A stretch of 64,000 nucleotides of DNA from Verrucomicrobiota bacterium (GCA_022710935.1 JAKLFY010000027.1:1279-65278), one strand, 5' to 3'; shown: positions 1-7,010, counted from the stretch's first letter. Program-made: numbers and translations. Notes: generated by a model not told the origin, from the sequence alone.

Positions 1-471
1 CACCGACTCCGGCTGCCGGAAGTGTTCGAGGTAATCGGGCAGGAGTTCCTCGCCTTCGCCTCGGCCGACGCAGTCGATGTCCGGGCAGTCATCGAGAATG
101 CGGTCCGCGTTCATGGTGGCGAAGGGGCCGCCGACGATGATCGGGATGGATGGGGCGACGCTCTTCAACCGCCGGGCCATGCGTTTGGCGGCCGGGTAGG
201 TCGTGGTCGAGAGAAACGAGAGTCCGATCACATCGGGGCGATCCCGCGAAACCGCGTCGGCAATGTGCTGCTCTGTCATCTCCGGATGGCAGGTGTCGAA
301 CATCCGCACTGGGTGTCCGTGCCGGCGCAGGACCGGGGCAAGCGTCTGGATACCCAGGGGCGGAAACGCCATGACCCGGATCCGGCCGCTGTCGGACGTC
401 GAAGGACCGAGGTGCGGCGGGAGGACGCGCGAGAAGTTCTCGTCCCCGACGTGGACGAGGAAAACGTTCAT
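1..471 (-). CDS. B12-binding-domain radical SAM protein, N-terminal part only (gene continues beyond window start)
   Basis: Not in the ORF track because it runs off the window. The reverse complement of 469-471 is ATG, and the frame stays open to position 1 (157 codons): MNVFLVHVGDENFSRVL...VIGLSFLSTTTYPAAKRMARRLKSVAPSIPIIVGGPFAT...CVGRGEGEELLPDYLEHF. This is a cobalamin-binding-type Rossmann module like the N-terminus of 3038-4462. Confidence 0.7.
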   Translation of the reverse strand, partial: MNVFLVHVGDENFSRVLPPHLGPSTSDSGRIRVMAFPPLGIQTLAPVLRRHGHPVRMFDTCHPEMTEQHIADAVSRDRPDVIGLSFLSTTTYPAAKRMARRLKSVAPSIPIIVGGPFATMNADRILDDCPDIDCVGRGEGEELLPDYLEHFRQPESV

Positions 472-502
472 GGGTTGGGGATGGTGGGCGGAGGTTGGCG
501 GG

Positions 503-2455
503 TCAGCCCCTGTACAGCTCGAACATGCCGGCCAGGAGGGCCAGTTCGGGGTGCGCCGCCGCCAGGTCGGGCAGGACCAGGCGAATGCGCTCGCGATAGG
601 CTGCGAGCGTGTTTCGCAGAGGCTGCAAGTCGTCGATCTTGTCCCAATGGAGCTTGTGCAAATCGAGCACCAGCCGGCTCTTGCTTCGAGCCAGCGAATC
701 GCTGATCCGCTGGGCGAGGGCGGCCGCATCGGCAGCCGACAGGGCGCCTTCAAGGCGCAGCCAGACGTGCTGTTTGGCGTGCTGGAGTTCGACCTGAACG
801 GAGAACTCGGGGCTGGATGTCACGCGACGCAGTTCCTCCCACAGATCCAGCGCGCTCCAGTGTTTGTCGGCCATGCGATACGCGGTGCGGGTGAGCCGCG
901 GATGCTGGAAGAGATTGCATTTCAACGTCAGGCCGGTCCAAAGCGCCGCGCCGACGGCCAGGAGCGACTGGAGCCGCTGAGCGGGGCTGGGCTGGCCCAG
1001 GGCCGCATGGATGCGGTGTTCGAGATCTCGAATCCAGTGCCGCACTGCGACGTTGGGTCCGAGCAGCCTGCCCGCGAGGAACACCGGGTAAGCGGCTCTG
1101 AGATCCCGAGCGTAGCATTCGGCCTTCTGCCGCAGCATGGGATTGGGCGAGTCCTTGAGCTTGTGATAGCCAAGGAACCTGGTCTCGAGGACCCGAATGA
1201 TGCTGGGGCCGAGTCGCTGGAAATCCTGTTCAAAACACCAACGCTGCATCTCCTCGATGGCCTCCGGTGCGAGCGTGGGGTGTTTGATCATCGTCGTGAA
1301 CCCATCCGCGGAACGATAGTAGAGTTCCGGATTCCCGCTCAGCGTGTCCTGCAGGAGATTCTCCCGGATCACGCGCTCGTAGAACGGGGTTCCGGGCACG
1401 GGTCCGTAGATGAGGAACTGCGCGAGGGCCGGCTTGAGCTTCAGCAGGGCATCGAGCTCGTGAGCCACCACCCGCCGATCCTGGTAATCGAACCCGACGA
1501 TCATCGAGGCCAGCACGGTGATGCCGTGCTCGCGAAACTCGGTGAAGATGTCTTCGACGGGGCGCCCCTGTTGTTTGGCGTAGCCGGAGCGGGTTCCCTC
1601 GTAGCCGATCCAGACGCCGTCGATGCCCATCTCGAGAATCTGTTCGACCGTGTACTGGCTGATGGCCTTGACGCTGGCAAAGACAAAAAGCGAGAGCGAC
1701 TTGCCGCTCTTGACCACCGCATCGCGGAATGCCAGCGCCCGCTTCTTGTCGAGGAGGAAATCCTCGTCCAGGATCGAAAACACCATGCCCGGGTCGATGT
1801 CGTGATAGCGCTCGATGACCCCGAAGATGTCTTTCCCATCCGGCAGGAGGCGGATGTGCCTGCGCCCAAAGAAGTGCGAGGTGCAGCAGAAATCGCAGCC
1901 GTTGGGGCAGCCGAGCCCGGCAAAGATCATTCCTGTTTTCGATACCTCCTGCCCAAACACCTTCAATCGGCTCACGATCAGGGGGTGCTTGTAGGGCATG
2001 GGGATGGCGTCCTCGCCGAGCAAGCGGCGCATGAAGGCCACGCCCTCTTCGCGGCAAATATGGTCGGCGTAAGGCCTGAGCACCTCGTCGCTCAACACGG
2101 TCCCGTAGCCGCCCAGGACGATCTTGCTGCGCGGCGCATAACGGCGGATGAGCGCGACCGTCTCCTTCATCTTGTGCATGAGCGCCATGATGAAGCACAC
2201 GCCCACGTAGTCGTATCCCTTGCGCAGTTCGGCAATGAGCTCGCGCCGCGAAGGGTATTGCAGCACGACGGTGGGGGTGTCGAGATTCTCGGCGATGTAA
2301 TCGAGCCCGAACTGAACATGAACCGCGCGCGGGCTGAATGGCCCTTGCGCGCGGGTCACCTGGCTGTGCAGAAGTTCATAGCCCACGGAGGAGGCATCGC
2401 CGTGCCTTGGCCCCAAGGGTCGGCAAACACTGGTCAATAAGACTTTTTTCGACAT
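503..2455 (-). CDS. Class-B-like (B12-binding-type) radical SAM protein with C-terminal STAS-like extension
   Basis: 650-aa ORF. Radical SAM cluster motif CX3CX2C (GLGCPNGCDFCCTSHFF). N-terminal module ...YDYVGVCFIMALMHKMKETVALIRRYAPRSKIVLGGYG. The C-terminal ~105 aa has a STAS-like pattern (by eye). The start ATG at 2455 gives MSKKVLLTS. Confidence 0.85.
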   Translation of the reverse strand: MSKKVLLTSVCRPLGPRHGDASSVGYELLHSQVTRAQGPFSPRAVHVQFGLDYIAENLDTPTVVLQYPSRRELIAELRKGYDYVGVCFIMALMHKMKETVALIRRYAPRSKIVLGGYGTVLSDEVLRPYADHICREEGVAFMRRLLGEDAIPMPYKHPLIVSRLKVFGQEVSKTGMIFAGLGCPNGCDFCCTSHFFGRRHIRLLPDGKDIFGVIERYHDIDPGMVFSILDEDFLLDKKRALAFRDAVVKSGKSLSLFVFASVKAISQYTVEQILEMGIDGVWIGYEGTRSGYAKQQGRPVEDIFTEFREHGITVLASMIVGFDYQDRRVVAHELDALLKLKPALAQFLIYGPVPGTPFYERVIRENLLQDTLSGNPELYYRSADGFTTMIKHPTLAPEAIEEMQRWCFEQDFQRLGPSIIRVLETRFLGYHKLKDSPNPMLRQKAECYARDLRAAYPVFLAGRLLGPNVAVRHWIRDLEHRIHAALGQPSPAQRLQSLLAVGAALWTGLTLKCNLFQHPRLTRTAYRMADKHWSALDLWEELRRVTSSPEFSVQVELQHAKQHVWLRLEGALSAADAAALAQRISDSLARSKSRLVLDLHKLHWDKIDDLQPLRNTLAAYRERIRLVLPDLAAAHPELALLAGMFELYRG

Positions 2456-2723
2456 TCGCTTCGGCTTGCGGATTCCCGCAAGGTCAACTGAACGCTGCTT
2501 TCAATCATGCCCGCTGCAATGGCGCGGCGGGCGAGGCTGGACGTGACGTGAAGGTTCAGTGACTCCACGAAGCGGTGCCGGCTCGACCTGTTTGGTCCCG
2601 GAGACGGCGCATGCCGCGGCTGCGGCAGACCACGCCCCGGTCAATGAATTGGAGCACCCCGGCTTCGCGCGAACTGAGGCAGACGCCCTCGATTTGAAGC
2701 AACTCCAGTCGGTCAGATGCGCA

Positions 2724-2752
2724 CTTATAGTCCCTGCCTGCCCGTTTCGCAA
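2724..2752 (-). promoter_or_regulatory. Predicted sigma70-like promoter (TTGCGA-N17-TATAAG) for the rSAM genes at 2455->1
   Basis: On the minus strand, TTGCGA (2752-2747), an exact 17-nt spacer, then TATAAG (2729-2724). It lies in a locally AT-richer patch of an otherwise GC-rich spacer. Prediction from sequence only. Confidence 0.3.
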
Positions 2753-2787
2753 GGAAATCCGCAGGGAATCCAGAGGAGGAGGGGTCG

Positions 2788-3029
2788 GATGCACCCGGTT
2801 GTTGTCGGTGTTCTGTCGCCCGATGATGGCACCGGGCCTACAAGCTGAGAATGCCCATCCTGTAGGCCGCGTGCCCTCACGCGGCGCGAGGGGGCAGACA
2901 TCGGTGCAGGCGCCGGGTCAGGGGACCCGGCCTACAAGCTGAGAATGCCCATTCTGTAGGCCGCGTGCCCTCACGCGGCGCGAGGGCAGACATCGGTGCA
3001 GGCGCCGGGTCGGGGGACCCGGCCAGGCT
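2788..3029. repeat. REP/BIME-like cluster: one reversed 'A' module followed by two tandem ~94-bp units, each a forward and a reversed GTAG-hairpin
   Basis: Unit 2843-2936 is repeated at 2937-3029. Hairpins: GTAG(2862-2865)+GCCGCGTG-CCCT-CACGCGGC; GCCGGGTC-AGGG-GACCCGGC+CTAC(2932-2935); GTAG(2956-2959)+the same hairpin; 3004-3023. The same modules recur at 7011-7108 and 24254-24425. Confidence 0.85.
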
Positions 3030-3037
3030 GATGATGC

Positions 3038-4462
3038 CTATTCCGTGGCTGCGGCAGCCAGGGCATCGAGGTAGTGCCGGTTTTCCCGCTGCCAATCGCG
3101 GTTGATCTTCGAGGCATAGAACGACAGGCCCGCGGCGACCCATCGTCCGGTGACCAGCTTTCGAAGAGACTCGGACAGGGTATAGATGCGGGTATGCGCG
3201 CAGACTTGAGCCCGTTGGAGGTCGAGCGGGGTGAGGCCTCTGGGGCGATAGACGACGTGGTGGGTGTCGTACAGATCCCAATCGAAGGACGTGATCCTCT
3301 CCTGTTCCTTGAAGCGTTCGTAGAGTTCGGATCCGGGAAGCGGGGTCAGGATAAGCACCTGCACGCTTGTCAGACGCATCTGGCGCGCGAAGCGGATCGT
3401 GGCCTCGACCGTCGCCCAATCGTCCCCGTCAAAGCCAAGCACGAACATGCCGTGGATATGGATGCCGGCGGCCTGAAAGACGCGGACGGCGCGGACGATA
3501 TCGTCGAGGCTCTGATTCTTCTGCATCTGCGCCAGGCTCTGGGGATTGACCGATTCGAACCCGACGAACACCGTGTGGCAGCCGGCGCGCTTCATGAGGC
3601 GCACCAGGTCGGGATCGCGGGCGAGGTCGGCGCGCACCTGGGTTGACCATTGGAAACGGAAATGGCGGGCGAGCAGGGCGTCGAGCAGGGCGCGTGTGCG
3701 GCGCGTGTTCGCCGTGAAGTTGTCGTCGCAGAAGAAGACAAAGTGGTCGCGGCTGTCATAGCGCTCGAGTTCGAGCAGGATGGACTCGACCGAACGGTAC
3801 CGGTATTTCTTCCCGAACATGCCGGTCACGGAGCAGAACGAGCAATCGAACGGGCAACCGCGGGAGGTCTGCACCATCACGGTCTTGCGGCCTCCGATCA
3901 CGCAGTCGGCTGTTCCGCCCGCCAATGAGAAGTCGGGCACAGGCAGGGCATCGAGGTCCCTGAGCCAGGCCCCCCGCGGGTTGTGTCGAATGAGGCCGGT
4001 CGCGTCCTTCCAGGACAGGTTGTGGATTGCGGCATAGCCGGGATCTGTCGGCTGGATGCCGGTTCGAGCCCATTGGTCCAGCAGGGCGTCCATGGCGGTC
4101 TCACCCTCTCCGCGCACGACGAGGTCCGCGCGTGCCAGCGCCTCCTCCGGCAGAAACGTGACATGCGGTCCGCCCAGGATGACCGGGATGCCCAGGGCGC
4201 GGCATTGATCGGCCAGGGCGTAGCCGCGGTTGACGGTCGGGGTGATGGTGGAGATGCCGACCAGATCGGGTCTCCCGTGGCGGGCGATCCAGTCGGTCAG
4301 ATCGAACCGCGCGCGGCCTTCAATGAACACGCGTGCATTCCAACCGTCGCGGCGATTGACCAGGCCTGCCAGGATGAACGTGCCCAGACGCGGCAGAGTG
4401 AACTGGCTGAAGATGTTGATATGGGCCGCGGTGGGTTCGATGAAGAGAATCTGCTTTTCCAT
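3038..4462 (-). CDS. B12-binding-domain radical SAM protein
   Basis: 474 aa. N-terminal cobalamin-binding-type module (DLVGISTITPTVNRGYALADQCRALGIPVILGGPHVT...VVRGEGE). Radical SAM motif TSRGCPFDCSFCSV (CX3CX2C). Confidence 0.9.
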   Translation of the reverse strand: MEKQILFIEPTAAHINIFSQFTLPRLGTFILAGLVNRRDGWNARVFIEGRARFDLTDWIARHGRPDLVGISTITPTVNRGYALADQCRALGIPVILGGPHVTFLPEEALARADLVVRGEGETAMDALLDQWARTGIQPTDPGYAAIHNLSWKDATGLIRHNPRGAWLRDLDALPVPDFSLAGGTADCVIGGRKTVMVQTSRGCPFDCSFCSVTGMFGKKYRYRSVESILLELERYDSRDHFVFFCDDNFTANTRRTRALLDALLARHFRFQWSTQVRADLARDPDLVRLMKRAGCHTVFVGFESVNPQSLAQMQKNQSLDDIVRAVRVFQAAGIHIHGMFVLGFDGDDWATVEATIRFARQMRLTSVQVLILTPLPGSELYERFKEQERITSFDWDLYDTHHVVYRPRGLTPLDLQRAQVCAHTRIYTLSESLRKLVTGRWVAAGLSFYASKINRDWQRENRHYLDALAAAATE

Positions 4463-4530
4463 ACGCTGTTCCTTTCACGTGCCCGTGTCACGGGGAGCGA
4501 TGACATTCAATGGTTTAATGCGCATGGGAA

Positions 4531-4600
4531 CCATGAACCGGAAACGTTCAACGCTCAACGCTCAACGCTCAACGTTCAACTCTCAACGCGTCGGTTCATG
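4531..4600. repeat. Six tandem heptamers (TCAACGC-like) enclosed by a perfect 10-bp inverted repeat CCATGAACCG/CGGTTCATGG
   Basis: Heptamers start at 4548, 4555, 4562, 4569, 4576 and 4583 (TCAACGC x3, TCAACGT, TCAACTC, TCAACGC). Inverted-repeat arms are 4531-4540 and 4591-4600. The termini match the CATGAAC-ended elements at 20408-20509 and 29279-29395. Confidence 0.85.
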
Positions 4601-5777
4601 GCGAGGCTGAAGGAGGGGCTTCGAGCGGGCGTGAGGCGGGAGGCGAGGGGGCGACGGGGTGGACAAGTCTTGGGGTCAGGAAGACCAGAAAACGTTGGGA
4701 GGCGGGCCGCGGCTGGTGTCGGCCTGAGACACCCGCGGATCGCGAGTCCGGTCTTTGCGTTGGCTCGAGATCCGGGCCGGGCCAGGTCGCGAGCACCACA
4801 GTCTGGCCATCCTCGATTCTGACCGGCGTCTGCATCTGGCGCACGCGGAATCGCGGGAGCGGGACATCGACGCGCGTCTTTGCGCCGTTCTTCCAGACTT
4901 GCACCCTGCGGCTTCGGATCGGCGGATCGTATCCCAGGAACTCCGTCAGAGTGGCCGTGACGGTCAGGTCGATCCCCTGCGCGTCGGCGCGCACGATCGG
5001 CGCCAGGTCCAGGCTCGGCCCGACCGGCACCTGTGCCAGGGTGTAGATGGGGGTGTTTGTGCGGCCCCAGACGCCCGGCTGGACGACGGCATCGGGATGG
5101 ACGCCGGTGCGCACACTGACGAGGTTCACCATCTGAACCCGGGTCTGCTGGCCGCTGGCAACCGTGACGCGCGGGGTCGAGAAGACGCTGGCATGGGGGT
5201 CTTGTTCCAGGGCCCGGACCAGGAGTCGGCACTGGGAGTCGGTCAGGACGGCTGACGCGGCGGGACCCAGTTCGGCGGAGAGGCGCATGTTCGCCGCGTT
5301 GGTCAGGTGCCGGCCTGGCCAATCGAGCTGGTTTCCAGCGAGTTCAGCGGTGCGATTGGTCTGCGATTCATCGAGTGCGGCGAGGATGGCGCTGAAGTGG
5401 GGATCGTCCTTGAGGCTGGGGCGCATGGCCAGGCGCCGCGTCTGGGCGGAGGAGATGTTCGTGGCCGAGGGGGTTGGCTGGGCATCGAGGAGGCGGCCCA
5501 GTGTGAGCGCGCGCTCGTCTTCGCCTTTGAGGTCGATCAGCTTCACATCGATTGAAACGCGAGGAGGCGGTGCGTCAGCGAGGGCCTGTGTGGGAGCGGG
5601 TCCTGCGGGGTGCTGAGTGACAAGATGAACGCGGGCGGCCTGGTCCGGGGGCGACTGCTCGGCCATCATCACGTAGTCGGGCGGGCAGACACCCTGTTGG
5701 AGCAGGGCATCGGCAAGAGTGCGGATTCCCAGGGCCAGGGTGACAAGCCACAGAGTCGTAAGGCGTCCCGCTCTCAT
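4596..5777 (-). CDS. Secreted secretin-like protein (GspD/PilQ C-domain homolog without N-domains)
   Basis: The track ORF is 4596-5831. I prefer the internal ATG at 5777 (MRAGRLTTLWLVTLALGIRTLA = signal peptide), which forms an ATGA overlap with the upstream stop. Secretin-type blocks by eye: FSTPRVTVASGQQTRVQMV; GPSLDLAPIVRADAQGIDLTVTATLTEF; VRIEDGQTVVLATW; FLVFLTPRLV. Confidence 0.5.
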   Translation of the reverse strand: MRAGRLTTLWLVTLALGIRTLADALLQQGVCPPDYVMMAEQSPPDQAARVHLVTQHPAGPAPTQALADAPPPRVSIDVKLIDLKGEDERALTLGRLLDAQPTPSATNISSAQTRRLAMRPSLKDDPHFSAILAALDESQTNRTAELAGNQLDWPGRHLTNAANMRLSAELGPAASAVLTDSQCRLLVRALEQDPHASVFSTPRVTVASGQQTRVQMVNLVSVRTGVHPDAVVQPGVWGRTNTPIYTLAQVPVGPSLDLAPIVRADAQGIDLTVTATLTEFLGYDPPIRSRRVQVWKNGAKTRVDVPLPRFRVRQMQTPVRIEDGQTVVLATWPGPDLEPTQRPDSRSAGVSGRHQPRPASQRFLVFLTPRLVHPVAPSPPASRPLEAPPSASP

Positions 5778-6922
5778 GCCCATGAACCAATTCCAATCGT
5801 CAAAACCGATGAGCGAGGCTTTGCAGACCAAGGAGGCGTGTGAACAACTCGTGGCCGCCGGGTGGCAACCACGATCACCGACGCCCGACGCCTCGCTAAG
5901 TGGCGCCGCTGCGCGTCGCCAAAACTTGACTCATTTGGCACGGATTTTATCTGGGGAGTTACTCGAGCCGGATTTCTCACCACCGGGAAGATGACAAACA
6001 AATCCGGGCCTGCCTGTGCCAGGTGCCGGTCGAACCAGTCGGCGAACAGCCGGATGTCCCACAGCATGCTCAGCCAGCCGTGCTTCTTGCCGGGGCGCAC
6101 GATGAGTTCGACGCGGCCCCCGACTTCCCGGGCGCGGTCGCGGAACCACTCGGATTGTTCCGGTGGGGTGAGGGTGTCGGCGCCGCCCTGCACGATGAGG
6201 ACCGGGGGCATGTTGCTCGTGACGTGGTAGATGGGGGACATCGCGCGCCCGATCGCCTTCCAGACGGCCAGATTGGTCGACTGCGGTCCGAACGCCTTGA
6301 CGAAGCTCTTGGGCGGTCCGCCGTCGCCCGCGTTCTCCGTGGACTGGCCGAGGTTGAGCAGATCGGTGACCGGGAAAAAGATCGCGGCCGCCTGGACAGC
6401 GCTGCTGGCGCGATCCACGGGATCGGGCGCATCGGCGGGCCCGGGGCTGCCGCGCGTGGCCAGCATCAGGCTCAAATGGCCGCCCGCGCTGCCGCCTGTG
6501 ACTCCAATCCGGTCCGGGTCGATCCCATATTCACTCGCGTGGTGTCGGATGAACCGGATGCCCCGGCTCACGTCGTCGAAGATCTCCATGACCGTGGCGT
6601 CCGGCTGGGACAGGTGGGTGACGGCAAAGACCGTGTAGCCGCGTCGCAGGAGCGGCGCCGCCATGAAAGGTCGAAACGCGTTCGTGCCCGATTTCCACCC
6701 TCCGCTCACCATCAACGCGACACCCAATCCGTTCGGCCGGGCCGGCCGCGCCACGTCGATGTGCAGGGGTTGCCCGTGCCGTTGTCCGTAGACAATGCCG
6801 TGGGTGCGGACGTGCGCCGGGTGGAAGTACCACCAAAGAGCGGACGCCGTCGTGCCCGACAGGACGATGACCAGCACGATGACGCTCACGAGCACATAGA
6901 AGACTGCGCGCCGCATGGACAT
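5774..6922 (-). CDS. Membrane-anchored alpha/beta hydrolase (esterase/lipase type) with repeat-derived C-terminal tail
   Basis: N-terminal TM helix (VFYVLVSVIVLVIVLSG). Nucleophile elbow GVTGGSAGGHL. Asp region VLIVQGGADTLTP and His region GKKHGW. The recognisable domain ends near WFDRHL. The last ~81 codons read through the dispersed element at 5811-5899. Confidence 0.75.
   Translation of the reverse strand: MSMRRAVFYVLVSVIVLVIVLSGTTASALWWYFHPAHVRTHGIVYGQRHGQPLHIDVARPARPNGLGVALMVSGGWKSGTNAFRPFMAAPLLRRGYTVFAVTHLSQPDATVMEIFDDVSRGIRFIRHHASEYGIDPDRIGVTGGSAGGHLSLMLATRGSPGPADAPDPVDRASSAVQAAAIFFPVTDLLNLGQSTENAGDGGPPKSFVKAFGPQSTNLAVWKAIGRAMSPIYHVTSNMPPVLIVQGGADTLTPPEQSEWFRDRAREVGGRVELIVRPGKKHGWLSMLWDIRLFADWFDRHLAQAGPDLFVIFPVVRNPARVTPQIKSVPNESSFGDAQRRHLARRRASVIVVATRRPRVVHTPPWSAKPRSSVLTIGIGSWA
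5811..5899 (+). repeat. Dispersed ~90-bp element, copy 1 (terminal inverted repeat AGCGAGGC/GCCTCGCT; internal AAGGAGG + 19-codon mini-ORF)
   Basis: About 90% identical to 52285-52378 over the core CAGACCAAGGAGGCG.GTGAACAACTCGTGGCCGCCGGGTGGCAACCACGATCACCG. AAGGAGG is at 5830-5836. GTG at 5840 to TAA at 5897-5899 encodes MNNSWPPGGNHDHRRPTPR. Confidence 0.8.
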
Positions 6923-7010
6923 GTCCCGAACGTGGCATGGAATCCGTCCGTCTCCAAGCGGGGAATTGCGCGCGGTGCGTCTGTAAGCTGTCGGTGGGAA
7001 TCGAGTCTGC

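Noticed and set aside
203-2440. 745-aa plus-strand ORF covering almost the whole rSAM-2 gene
   Set aside because: It lies antisense to a gene with clear radical SAM motifs. The translation is Arg/Gly/Ala/Pro-rich with no recognisable motifs. This is a typical GC-driven shadow ORF.
2456-2720. Cobalamin (or SAM) riboswitch in the leader of the B12-type rSAM genes
   Set aside because: I looked for the B12-box/GCCACTG-type core and for the GGGAA...GGTG...CCG arrangement in the proper 5'-3' order. I found only loose fragments (GTCACTG; GCGGGAATCCGC next to the ATG), and they are in the wrong order. No SAM-I/II core was seen either. A covariance-model scan is needed before any such claim.
2501-2794. 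97-codon minus-strand ORF just upstream of rSAM-2, considered as a RiPP precursor
   Set aside because: Its GTG start lies inside a dispersed repeat module. It would begin upstream of the predicted promoter. It has no leader/core organisation or Cys/Ser/Thr-rich core that I can recognise, and it ends 46 nt before the rSAM start. No support beyond position.
2843-3029. Tandem ~94-bp repeat considered as a possible CRISPR array
   Set aside because: There are only two units, with no unique spacers between short repeats. The units are themselves made of REP-type hairpins found elsewhere in the window, and there are no cas genes.
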